Below are positions 1 through 11,595 of a stretch of DNA of 64,000 bases, piece after piece (the first letter of the stretch is position 1; each line of letters opens with the position of its first letter). Origin of the DNA: Camelus ferus (Eukaryota); NCBI RefSeq assembly GCF_009834535.1, contig NC_045696.1:28956001-29020000 (forward strand), read 5' to 3'. The notes under the pieces were generated by a model. That model did no database searches and had not been told where the DNA came from. It saw only the letters and a program-made list of their open reading frames with translations. Made by a program: the position numbers and the translations under genes.

Positions 1-1130
1 CCAAAAACAAAACTGAAAGACAAGAGTCTGGGAAAAGTAATTCCTCTTCCTCCAAAAAAAAAGGGGGAAAAAGTATTCCTAATACATAAGAAATATACAT
101 AACCAAAATTCTGTTAAAGATTTTAAAATAAATTATATTAAGGCATGTATGTGTAAAGGTGATGTGAATTCTTGTTGAGCTTCTAGTTCTCATGTTGAAT
201 GATGGACTCATGTGTTTACTATATTATTAAAAATAAGCAACAGCAGTCAAAAAATTAAAACACAATAAGTTGACAATAAATTCTTAACTGGTGATATCTG
301 CCAAGAAGATAAAAATAAATTAACAAAAACTCCAGAACTACTTTTAATAATCATGTCTTGGTATTAACATTGGATATTAATTTGAAACTGTAATATATGG
401 TGCAGCATATATCAAAGAATAATCATACTAATATTATGATGTTCAAAACTGAAATATGTATATGTATATACATGTCATATATGTATATAATTAAATAATA
501 TAATTCTATAATTCATAAAGCTGAATTCAAAATATAACTATAAACTTACAACAGATTAAATCTTATTTACAAAAAATACTGCTTTTCCACTACTTTTAAA
601 GTCTAAGGGCAATCCAATAGTAAAGAGAACCCATAGCACACAAATTTCTAGTAACCAAAGGGTCTTAGAGAAAAAGCTGATCTTAGGGATGGTAAAGAAA
701 ATGAAGATAATGTTAGGTAATGAGCTGTAATAACTTGTCTTCTATAATAACTTGTCTTATCAGACAGCTAGGAAGCTTATAAAAAGTGCTAAGATTTTAT
801 CAAGAGGACTCAGGAGCCAACAAGATAAGGCTCTGTCAAGATTTAAAAACTTAACCATCAATTAAGGACAGTAACCACAATGAATTAATCAGATAAAACA
901 TGTTAAACTCAATGAGATCATAAATGTAAAACATTACTAATTATGATATTAAAAGAATGAAAGGAATTAATATTTTATTTTTGTAACTAAAATAAAAAAA
1001 AAGAATCAGATATTTAGGCTTATTTTTAGCATAAAATTTCTTTCAAGGTAACCACATAACTGATGAGGGAGGATTTCTCTTTAAGAAAGTGCTTTACATG
1101 GGAATGCAGAAAGAGTAATCAGTCGGAAAT
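1..1130 (+). mobile_element. Ancient L1 (L1MC4/5-like) 3' UTR, left part
   Basis: Degenerate match to remembered L1MC 3' UTR blocks (caatccaatagtaaagagaacccatagcacac; ggactcaggagccaac). Resumes at about 3110. Confidence 0.55.
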
Positions 1131-1194
1131 AAGGAAAAAAAAAAAAACTTGAAACTGATAAGAGGTTTAAACCTAAGCCTTATTGCTAGCATTA

Positions 1195-3090
1195 CAGTTA
1201 CTAATAAAATTTTCTTGTTTCCTAAATCAAGAGCAAGGAAGGATGTTTCATTTTACTTCTATTCAGCATTTTAATTTAGGTTCTAGCAAATACACTGAGG
1301 CACAAAAAGGCATAAATATTGGAAAGAGATATAGAAGCTCTCCTCTGTTGATTACATGATTAATAATGTAAAAGTCACAAAGGAATCTACAGACAAGCTA
1401 TCTGATATAAATGAATTTTAGCAAGGTCTCTAAATAAATGACTATAAGATTAGTATTAAATTTTAAAAATTACATGTTAGCAACAAACAACTGAAAAATT
1501 CAATTTAAAACTATCATTTATATTAGTGTCAACAAATACTTAATACCAAACAACAAATTTGAGAATTCATAAATTCAACTAAATTCACAAATTCAGCAAA
1601 AAATGTAAGACATTTTTATTGAGCACTGTAACATATTGATGAAAGAGATTAATGAAGACCTAAATACAAAATAAACATATCAATTAATCAGAAGACTCAA
1701 TATTCTTAGAACAATTATTTCCACATTGAGTCACCACAAATCATTTTTTTGTTGAAATGGATACATAAAAATGTAAAGGACCTATAATATACCAGGGTAT
1801 CAAAAACGAAAGGGAGAGAGAGAAGGAATGAGTTAGATAGAAAGACTTGCATTACATGGTTTCAAACCTCCATATAAAAATACATTAAATAAGGTAATAC
1901 ATATTGGTGTAAAGAATGGAACATAGTGGAGAGTCAAAAAAACAGACCCACATATATATATAGTCATTCAAGCATTTCTTGACATAGATGCCAATCAATA
2001 TAATGAGAAATGAAAGGTCTCTTCCCTAAACTGTGTGGAACAACTGGGTATCTTTACAGTTAAAAACTAACCCAATCTCATATATACAAAATTTAATCTG
2101 AGATAGAGGAGTAGGTCTAAATTTTAAGTGCTAAGACTATGAGATTTCTGAATGAACATGTAAGAATATTTGCATTCCCCTCATTTGGGCAAAGTTTTTT
2201 TTTGTTTGTTTTGTTTTTTACCTACATGGCAATTTCTTAGAAAGTTAAATATACAACATACCATATGATCCAGACATTCTACTCCTGGGTATGTAGCCAA
2301 GAAACATGAAATTATATACTCACAAAATTATTCTATGTGAATGTTCATAGCAGATTTTCTATAGTAAATAATATTTGAAAACAACATATGTATTCCCCAG
2401 CTGAAGGAACAATGAATAATTTTGTAATGTAAAATTATTTAAACAAGGAGACCATCAGACTGAGGTGGCTTTAATGCTATGGCAGCCTATGTAAGTAAAC
2501 CTAACCTCAGCCTCTAAATGCCCCAGGTATACAAAAATCAAAATGCTAAGGATGACCAATCACAGTCAACTAGGCTTTAAGCTGTAGGCAATTATATAAT
2601 TTCCTTTTGTTGCATCTGTACTTCCTCTATATTAGTCTTTCCCCTGGCTCCTGACTGGGGAGCACTCCTAACTGCTTCTGGTTTGGCACATCTAATTCCA
2701 ATTGGCTTTTGCTCAAATAAATTCAAAATGTGAATATGCCTCAGTTTATCTTTTAACAGTAATACATCCACACTATGGGATATACCTAAGCAATAAAAAG
2801 AAACAAACTAATCTATGTAACAACATAAATGAGTCTTCAAAACATTATGCTGAACAAATAAAATCAGACTTAGAACATGTGTGATTCTGTTTACAGGAAA
2901 TTCTAGAACATTTATAAAGCTTATTTTCAATGATAAAAAATTTTAACATTGCCTTTTTCTAGGAGATAATGTGGGAGTGAAAAAGTTAAATATCATGTAT
3001 GGTTTCAGTTCCATGGGTATAAACATTTTTCAAAACACATTACACTGTTAAGATCTTTGCAATTCACTATATGTCAATTAATCCTCAATG
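1195..3090 (+). mobile_element. Old L1M fragment (ORF2 3' half plus 3' UTR), internally deleted, nested in the L1MC element
   Basis: ORF2-like tracts (aaatcaagagcaaggaaggatg, gaagactcaatattcttag, tgtggaacaactgggtatc) and 3' UTR (ccatatgatccagacattctactcctgggtat). Many stops and indels. Confidence 0.75.
2428..2758 (+). mobile_element. ERV1-class solo LTR (MER34/MER39-like)
   Basis: TG...CA termini, perfect 4-bp TSD gtaa (2424-2427 and 2759-2762), AATAAA near the 3' end, terminus cctcagtttatcttttaaca. Host L1 is contiguous across it. Confidence 0.8.
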
Positions 3091-3109
3091 AGAAGGCTGA
3101 AATCAGTAA

Positions 3110-4062
3110 CAATAGCTTTTTCTTCCCTTAGAAATCTTGTGAAAACAATAAAAATGCAAAGCCTTGAAAAATAATGGATCTAGCATTGAGTCTCAGTGAC
3201 AACTAACATTACAAGAAGAGACTCAATTGCATCTTAAGAACCTCTTGTTGGAAAAAAAAACAAAAAACAAACAAACAAACAAAAAACACCATCAATGAAG
3301 TTATTTTGCCAAAACATGGAACATTTATAGGATCAAATTTCTAGATCTAGCTGGCAGATTACAGGAAATACACTGTTAAGAAAATCATGTTAAACCACAA
3401 GAATGCAATAAAGCAAAATTCAGAATATGGAGGTATTCTAGAGGAAAAACACTATTTTGTCCATGGTAAATTTCAAAGAGATAAATGAGGGTTTGTGGAA
3501 TCTGTAGATTAAAAGATATTTAGAAGACCTTTAAAGCAAATGCAATATATAAACATTTTTGGGTCCCAGAAATTTTGGGGGTTTTATACAGATAGTAATA
3601 TAGTATGTATGTATTATACAGGTAGATTATAGATACATAAAATTATACATCTGTATATCTGTATATATGAACATTAATGTTGATATTATATATTAATATA
3701 TGGCATATCATAACATCATTTAGTGAGACAATAAACATTTGACCATTAGAATTTTCATTAAGAAATATCTGTTACTTTTGTATTATAATGAAATTGTGTC
3801 TACATTAGAAAATATGTGCTCAATTTTAGACACATACTATATATATTATGTGTATCAATATTTATATTAAGTGTATCCATATACATGGATATAATTATAA
3901 TGATGCCTGAGATACTTTTAAAAAAAATTCAACAGGAGAAACAAAGAAAAGAAAGTTATAAATGAAATGAGATTTGCCATGAGTTAGATTGAGTGATAAA
4001 TATTTGGGAATTCCTAATACAGTTTTCTCTACTTTTGAATATGTGAAATTTCCATAATAAAT
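3110..4062 (+). mobile_element. Ancient L1 (L1MC4/5-like) 3' UTR, right part
   Basis: tctagatctagctggcagattacaggaaatac and terminal ttttctctacttttgaatatgtgaaatttccataataaa, typical of L1MC 3' ends. Confidence 0.6.
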
Positions 4063-4676
4063 AGCTAAAAAGCCATCATAATATAACAAACAATGACACT
4101 TGTGTAAAGTAAGCACATCTAAGCATTTCATAGGGGTTTTCTGAAACTTTTTAAGATGACAACAGTCCAAAATACAAATCAGTAAAAGCAGATTTATGTT
4201 GGCAATATATTCTATTCTAGATATGTCTCTGATGATCAGTATGAATAAAAACCTGGTTTTGCACTATAGAACAATATACACTCTTTGAAAAATTTTATTT
4301 ATGTATGGAAAACTTTCTACAAATTAGGTATTGACATATAACATCAATAATCAAAGACCAAATGTTAATGACAAGGATGTCGCTCAGTCTTAACTTTTTC
4401 CTTCATTAGCTGGTAATTGTCTTAAACAGAATAGTAATGTGATTGCCTAGATATTTTCATACAGACTTCTGTTTATTTTTCCTTCTAATTTAATGACAGA
4501 GTATTTCTGCTGATTTCCTTCATCTTCCTTGCCTGAATCTTTTAAAATTTCTAGTAGGTAAAACTAGTCTGTGAAAGCAAAATGTCAACCTTAACCCTGA
4601 GAGGCAGAGAAGGCCAATTAGAATCCAATGGTGATGTTCTTACTGACAATTTCCACCAGCACATACCACCAGCTCC

Positions 4677-4678
<2 letters not shown>

Positions 4679-4718
<40 letters not shown>
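4679..4718. repeat. (AC)20 microsatellite
   Basis: Direct read. Confidence 0.98.
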
Positions 4719-4720
<2 letters not shown>

Positions 4721-4871
4721 CTTCTATTCTGCTATCCTATTTTAATCACACTCATGTGGGGGGTTACGAACCTGTCACAGAAGAAATGAAAACGAAAATA
4801 ATCAATGTTTGACATGCTAGGAATAGTGTTATCTTAAACACCATATATCTTCATTAAAATATATATTTTTC

Positions 4872-5063
4872 AGGTTAGCCACTATATATAAAACAGATTT
4901 TTAAAAGTTTATGCTGTATAGCACAGGGAACTATGTTCAATACCATGTAATAACATTTAATGAAAAAGAATATGAAAACAAATATATGTATGTAAATACA
5001 TGACTGGGACATTGTTCTGTACACCAGAAACTGCCACATTGTAACTGCTACTTCAATTAAAAT
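4872..5063 (+). mobile_element. 5'-truncated artiodactyl/camelid L1 3' end
   Basis: gtatagcacagggaactatgttcaat...tgtacaccagaaa...cattgtaact...cttcaat. Homologous to copies at 33760, 35862 and 49770. Confidence 0.85.
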
Positions 5064-8000
5064 ACATATATACTTTTTCAAAGAAGTTTAAGGCATCTTA
5101 ATGTTTGTCTCCTGAGACAATATTAGAAAGCAATGGTTAGTAAAGTCTCCTGAACCTCTGATGGAAAAATATTTTTTCTTAATTTATATTTACCCAAGAT
5201 CCACATGAGGCAGAGTGGATAACTAATAGAGGCACTAGTCTTTTCTAGCTGAACACTTAGTAGGTACTGGCTGGAATTGAAATTCAAAATTCTATGCCAT
5301 AGCTAATAATAGAGCTCCTGCATATTGCTAGAGTGATGTGCTTTAATCGCCTAACATATGGACTGGAATGATAAGTTTTCCTTAACAATATTCAGAAACC
5401 TTATATATAAACAACCAATAAATTCTAATGTGTGTATGCATATATACATATATGTATATCCATCCCATTTCTAGAGAAAAGTAGCCCACAGATTTATTCA
5501 TCAGTAAAGATACTAATTTCCTCAGAAACAATTCATTTAACACTTCAATAGATAGGAAAAAAAATGAAGAATCAAATTCCCAGAGATTTTTTATGGAAAA
5601 AATCAAACTAGAAGTGCTACATTTAGGTAATATACTACATGCTAAAGGAAGCCTATGTCTGTAAGTAAAATCCTCAGCAATACATCCGTGCATGTTCTGG
5701 TTGTGAGCACTGCTGACTTCCAACCAAGATAAACTCATTACTAAGTGCATGCCTAGGAAGAGAAATTAGAGAGCTGCCAGTGTTCTGAGCTCTAAGTTCA
5801 ATTTAATATTATAGGATCATCTTTCAAAAATGATAACCTTGCTTTTCAAATACTGAGTGTTCAGCCAAGTTAAAAGATAAAAATAATCAAGAATTAAATA
5901 ATATTTCTTGGTGAAATATATATACCCTGATAAAAACTATTATCTGATTCTCAGGTTCCCAATTTCCAGTAACTCTTTCAGGGGTGAGATACTTTAAATG
6001 AGAGTACATATGTAAATTTGTGCATTAAAACTAATCCAAAAACTAATTTCTATTTTCAGATTTCAGGTTATGGAGCACATAGTAAAAGTCACAATTAATA
6101 TGAAGTTAATATTAAATTAATACAAAGTTTATCATTTGTTTTCAACACCCCCAGGGCAGGATTCTTATGATCCACTGCAATAAATAGGGCTTTATTGCTT
6201 ATATTTAATGATTTTTCATTAGACTAATTAGCAGGGGTTCTGTTTTATTAGTCAATATCCTTTGAATTTATTATTCTTGATTTGTACCTCATTTTGATAA
6301 TACTTCTTATATTCCATGAGTTGACAAAACCCTGGGATATAGAATCTTCTTGTTGAAGTTTAACATGATGGTAAGCAATTCAAACTCTCCTATACATAAG
6401 AATCCCTTTTTACAGATTCTTCCTCTAAATTAAATTTTGCATCTATCTCTTTATTTTCATTACTGATACCATCACATTAGTTTAAACCTATAAATGCTTA
6501 TAAACTGTTTAAGCAACACTGATATCTGTACATCCTTGTCAACATTTTTGCTCCTCCATTGTATTAGTTCCAACATCCGGGTTAACTTTCTTCATTTCTG
6601 CCTAGATAAGTCTCCCAAGGTCTAGTTTAAGTACAGGCTTATCTGTGAAATCTTTCTTTATTATCCTTATCCACGACAATCTCCCTCCTCTGAATTCACC
6701 TGTCAGCATGAACTCTGCTATCAAATGGTTTAAAATCCCCTGATGATTCAAAGAAAGACAATTTCAAAAAGTGACTAATGACATGATCCAGGGACTAGTA
6801 AGTCACATAAACCATAAGTGCCTGTCTGAAGCAAGAGAGATCACCAGGGACCAGTATAAGATTTGTGTTCATTAAAAAATGGCAACATGTCTATAAAGAG
6901 GAAGGCTCCAGATTTTAGGGATAAGACCAGGAAATAATAACTTGGAAATATATATAAATGTGAGAAAATTTTCTACAGATGATTACTATTACTGATATGT
7001 AGAAAATGTATGAAAAAATGTACATGAACACCTAGTATGTTAAATAAAACTAAATTATTTTCTCCAAATCACCAGGGTTCCTAAGATCTATCCCAATATA
7101 ACTTCAAAGAGAGACCATTCCATGATTTAAATAAAATTAGATGAGTTTAAATCATTGTAACTTGCAACAGGAGACTTTTTTTTATGGCAGAAAATTTTGT
7201 TCCCTTAAAAGAGTATCATAAACAGAGCTAGATAATGAACATTTATCTGGGTATTCTTAGCATCCTTCAAAAGAGAAATAATCTGATTCTGCATGATTTG
7301 TCCCAGGTATTCAGACAGGAAATTCTCTAGAGGGGAGAAAGGAAATTCATTTTGGTACTACAGTATAATAGAAATATTTCTTAAAGAACATTAAATTCCT
7401 TTGGTTCCAACTGAGTGCTCTCCAGATAACAATCTGATCTATCATTTGTTTTTCTGAGTAGGTATACTCAGCCCCATGAGGACAGAGTTTCTTATGATCC
7501 ACTCCAATTAATTGGACAATATCACTCATTGCACTATAAATAGGCATTGTGCTTCATTAATCAGTGTCCTGTGAAAATGGTCCACTTTATCTGTCCTTCA
7601 TTCTGACAATACCTCTAAAGTAAGGTAATAAAAGTCTTAAAATGGAACACCTAGAATACCTATACCTTCATAGCATTCTGAAAAATTATGACTTAACTAT
7701 TAACAATTTTTATACTAAACAAACTATTTGAAGTAACACAAAACCAAAACATACGTGCCATTGAATAATCAGAATGAACTTAAAAGGAAAACTGTTTATT
7801 AATGGTTTTAGTATTAACTTTTGATAATCAGCATAGAACTGAAAATTAATTAATATGGAATAGATCATTTTAAGTATGTTACAGGATTTTAAATATTTTA
7901 AATTATGATGATGTGTTGACCTTAGTCCTCTTTAGTTAGTTATATGATCATATGTATTGGTGTTAAAGATGAACAGAACTGAAAATACAATAGGAGTTTT

Positions 8001-9074
8001 CAAAGCCAGTTTTTGTATATTTAACCTAAAAGGAACTAATTAATTATAATTCATAAATTGCTTCTATAAAGTGAAAAACAGTTTTTAATAGTCTATACCA
8101 ATTACCTTCTAACAAAGGAACAAGTTTAACTATAGTGAATTGTTAACGTTTCAAAATAAATATCATCTAAATTAAATATCCCAAATCTTTCTTTTTATAA
8201 AAGATGCAGTCTGATAAAATTATCCATTTGTTATATTATCTCAGTAATTTCAAATATATTCATAAATACTGAAATTCCTATTTGGGTAATGAAAATGACT
8301 TGTCAGTCAGCTAGGATAATGACTGTTGATTTTCTCATTCCTTCAAATTTTATTTTCATATTTAGAGAAAGTCTCAAGAATGAAGAAGTTATACAGATGG
8401 CAAATTAATACTGCTCATAATTTTCTTCATTTCTTTTACTGTTCATCACTTGGTTTATTTTCATGAAAACAGGGCCTGTTACTCTTAAGAATTCATTTGC
8501 ATGAATGGTGTTAGCACACAAAGTCACAAGCCCCTTATTAAGAAGTACAACTGTATGATCACACAATAGAATGTCAAGGTGAATGGGAGCCCAGAGATAA
8601 CACAAGCTACTTTTCACACAAACGAATACAGTGAACTTCAGAAAACGGAAGATAATACAAGATAACTTTGTATTTTTAACAAAGGCAGAATTCTGCTCAA
8701 CTCTTCTGAATTCCAAAAATTTATTTATAATTACAAAACAATGTCACCAAGGCATTTAAATGACTTACTTTTAGATCTCAGGATACAAGTATTATTTTGG
8801 TCATGATGTTTATTGATGATGTTTTGATGTTTTCAATGCTATTCATTATCTCTTGGTACTATTTTGACAAACAGCACAAAGGATAATAGCTTAGTTAAGG
8901 GATAGTTAGTCTATGCCGGTCTCTTTCTACTTAATGCAAAATGGGAACAAGTGTAGAGAAATGTATGAGAAGCTTTATTTTTAGGTTTGTAGTTTTGGAA
9001 AGTTTCTTAAGGAGTAACACAATAAATAATTATCCAATTTTAAATATTACAAATGGATTTTTATTCTGTATTAA

Positions 9075-9865
9075 TACTTTGTTTTTTAGAGAAGGCTTTG
9101 GTTTTCAAAAAAATTAGAAGTAGAGAGTTCCCATATATCCCCTCTCCCAATTCCCACCCTTCCACCCCCACAATCCCGACCCAATTTCCTCTGTTATTAA
9201 CGTCTTTCATTCCTGTGGAACATTTGTTACAATTGATGAACCAATATTAATACATTATTACTAACCAAAAACTATAACTTACATTAAGGTCTATTCTTTG
9301 TAGAGCACAGTTTTATAGGTTTTGATTAATGCATGATGTCATGTATCTATCATAACAGTATCATACTGTTAAGGTAATAGTTTCACTGCTCCAAATATTC
9401 CCTGTGTTCCACCTATTCATGCCTTTCCTTGCCCAGCCTTCCTCAACCCTGCAACCACTGATTTGATTTTTCACTCTCTCTCTAGTTTTGCCTTCTACAC
9501 AATGTCATACAGTTGGAATCATACAGTATTTAACCTTTTCAGACCTGCTTCTTTTCACTTTGTAATATGCATTGAAAGTTTCTCCCTGTTTTTCCCTGGC
9601 TTGATAGCCACTTATTTTTAATAAATGAATAGTATTCCATTATAGGGATGTACCTCCATTTATTTATTTACAGATATCTCAGTTGTCCTTCAACCAAGTT
9701 TCCCAATTACAAATAAAGATTCTATAAACATTTATGTGTAGGCTTTTGTGTGGACCTAAGTTTCACCTCATTTGGTTAAACACTGAGGAGCAAGATCGCT
9801 GGATCATATCGTAAGATTACGGTTAGCTTTGTCAGGAACCGCCCAACTGCCTTCGAAAGTGGCTA
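9075..9865 (-). mobile_element. L1MC1-like 3' end
   Basis: Reverse-oriented L1MC 3' UTR (catttgttacaattgatgaaccaatattaatacattatta; gttggaatcatacagtat). Confidence 0.85.
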
Positions 9866-9867
9866 AA

Positions 9868-10015
9868 AATAAAACCTCTCAACTAACTAGAAACAGAATA
9901 ACATTACATAGTAAAGGCCAAATACGACAAGTCCTCAGATAACATCTTATTTAATGGTAAAAAATAAAAAAAACTGAAAACTTTACCTCTCATTTTGGAA
10001 GTCAAGAGAAGTATT
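9868..10015 (+). mobile_element. L1 ORF2 (RT-region) fragment
   Basis: gtaaaggccaaatacgacaagtcctcagataacatcttatttaatggtaa corresponds to [15 protein letters not shown]. Homologous to about 29300-29400. Confidence 0.65.
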
Positions 10016-10265
10016 CATTTTTAACTTTGTAATTACACTCAGTGTTATTCTGCACAAGCAATTACATTCTGATTCACTTCATTTTCCCCATGCGCTGCCA
10101 CCTCCCAAACTTTAGCCAAGAGTACAATATAAATATCCCAAAGTAAAGTATATTCAGCCTTTTTCAACTCCCTTAAAAATTTAATAAAGTTTTCTATTTT
10201 CTCAAAATGGAGATATATATACCTATACACGCACAACCTTAAAAGAAGTAAACTTAAAAGAAACC

Positions 10266-10334
10266 AAAGAAGAAGAAAGAAGAAAGAAGAAGGAAGAAGG
10301 AAGAAGAAGGAGAAGGAGAAGGAGAAGAAGAAGA
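10266..10334. repeat. Polypurine (GAA/GGA)n tract
   Basis: About 70 nt of uninterrupted purines. Confidence 0.9.
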
Positions 10335-10654
10335 CAATGTTCTTCCATTGCACATGATACATTCCACATTCAGTTTTGGAAGCCAAATTGAATTCTGATA
10401 GCACCTAGAGGTGGTTATCTATAATAGAATCTTATAAAGTGATAATATACAAAGTCAAAAGCAAATAAATATTAAATCAGCCAGACATTAGTTTAAATTT
10501 GCTTCTGAAAATTGGGTGATGATAATAAAGGATAAATTTTGTTTTTGTTTTAAATATACCATCCAAATCTTTTAAAAAGTTTAAAAATCATACAAAAAAC
10601 AAGGTCATATTAATCTCTTTATATAAGGCTAAAAAATTATAATACATAATACAC

Positions 10655-10830
10655 ACTCAGTAGCTGTGTAAATTTGGGAAAGACACTTGACCTGCCTGGG
10701 TTGACTTCCCTGTTTAATAGTAACATTAATTAAGAAATAGCATTATTATAAAGATCTAATTGAATTACATATATATATATGGCAATTAGAACAGTTGCAA
10801 GCATATACTAAGGGTTTGCAATTGTTTCTG
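10655..10830 (+). mobile_element. MIR SINE fragment
   Basis: cactcagtagctgtgtaaatttgggaaagacacttgacctg resembles the MIR core. Confidence 0.5.
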
Positions 10831-11494
10831 ATATTAACAGTATTCTTGCAATGTTTATGTAAGTAATACATACACACACTCCCACACAATGAATTTGCTT
10901 ATTTGCAATTAAGCAAAAAGAGAACAAACTCAACCAGAGGAAACTACCATTAAACTTATAGTTTATTTTATTCTATACATTTTCATCATAAAAATACTTC
11001 AAGTAAGTTTATTAAAAAAATCAAATCACACTATATATTCTCTTCTATAACCTGCTTTTAATTTTGCATTGCCATTTCAAATTAATTTTCTACATCATCA
11101 TTTTAATGACTATACAATATTCTATTTTCATATGCATTGCAATAAATTATATGTATCTAATTCCAATAGGCATTTATAGTAATCTTTGTTTTCCCTTGTT
11201 AAAATATTTCTGGAATAAAATTCTTAGACATAATATTTGGCATATTGGCATTCTAAAAAAAAAAACTAACATGATAAATAAGAAAGGATTCCCTCCTGTT
11301 TTAGGTCTTTTATTAGTGAGTCTTTTAAAAATTCCAACTTATGTTTATCAAGTAAATCTGTTCTCTTATGTAAAATCTACAGCAATCTTAAAAGATACAC
11401 CTCGTGTCATTGTTCTATAGCTCTTCATGTACAAACTCAATACTAATTTTAGGTGCTACTTACTCAGATAAGTTCATCTAGATTTTTATTTAAA

Positions 11495-11595
11495 CATACA
11501 TACTTCAAGACCTATCCCTTGGAATTTCTAATTCAGTAGGTCTCTACAGGATCTGAAAATTTTGTATTTTTAATATGCTCTTCAGGTAATTTTTT
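11495..11595. mobile_element. MER5-like hAT-Charlie fragment
   Basis: ttctaattcagtaggtct...ttttgtatttttaatatgctcttcaggtaatt. Confidence 0.45.
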
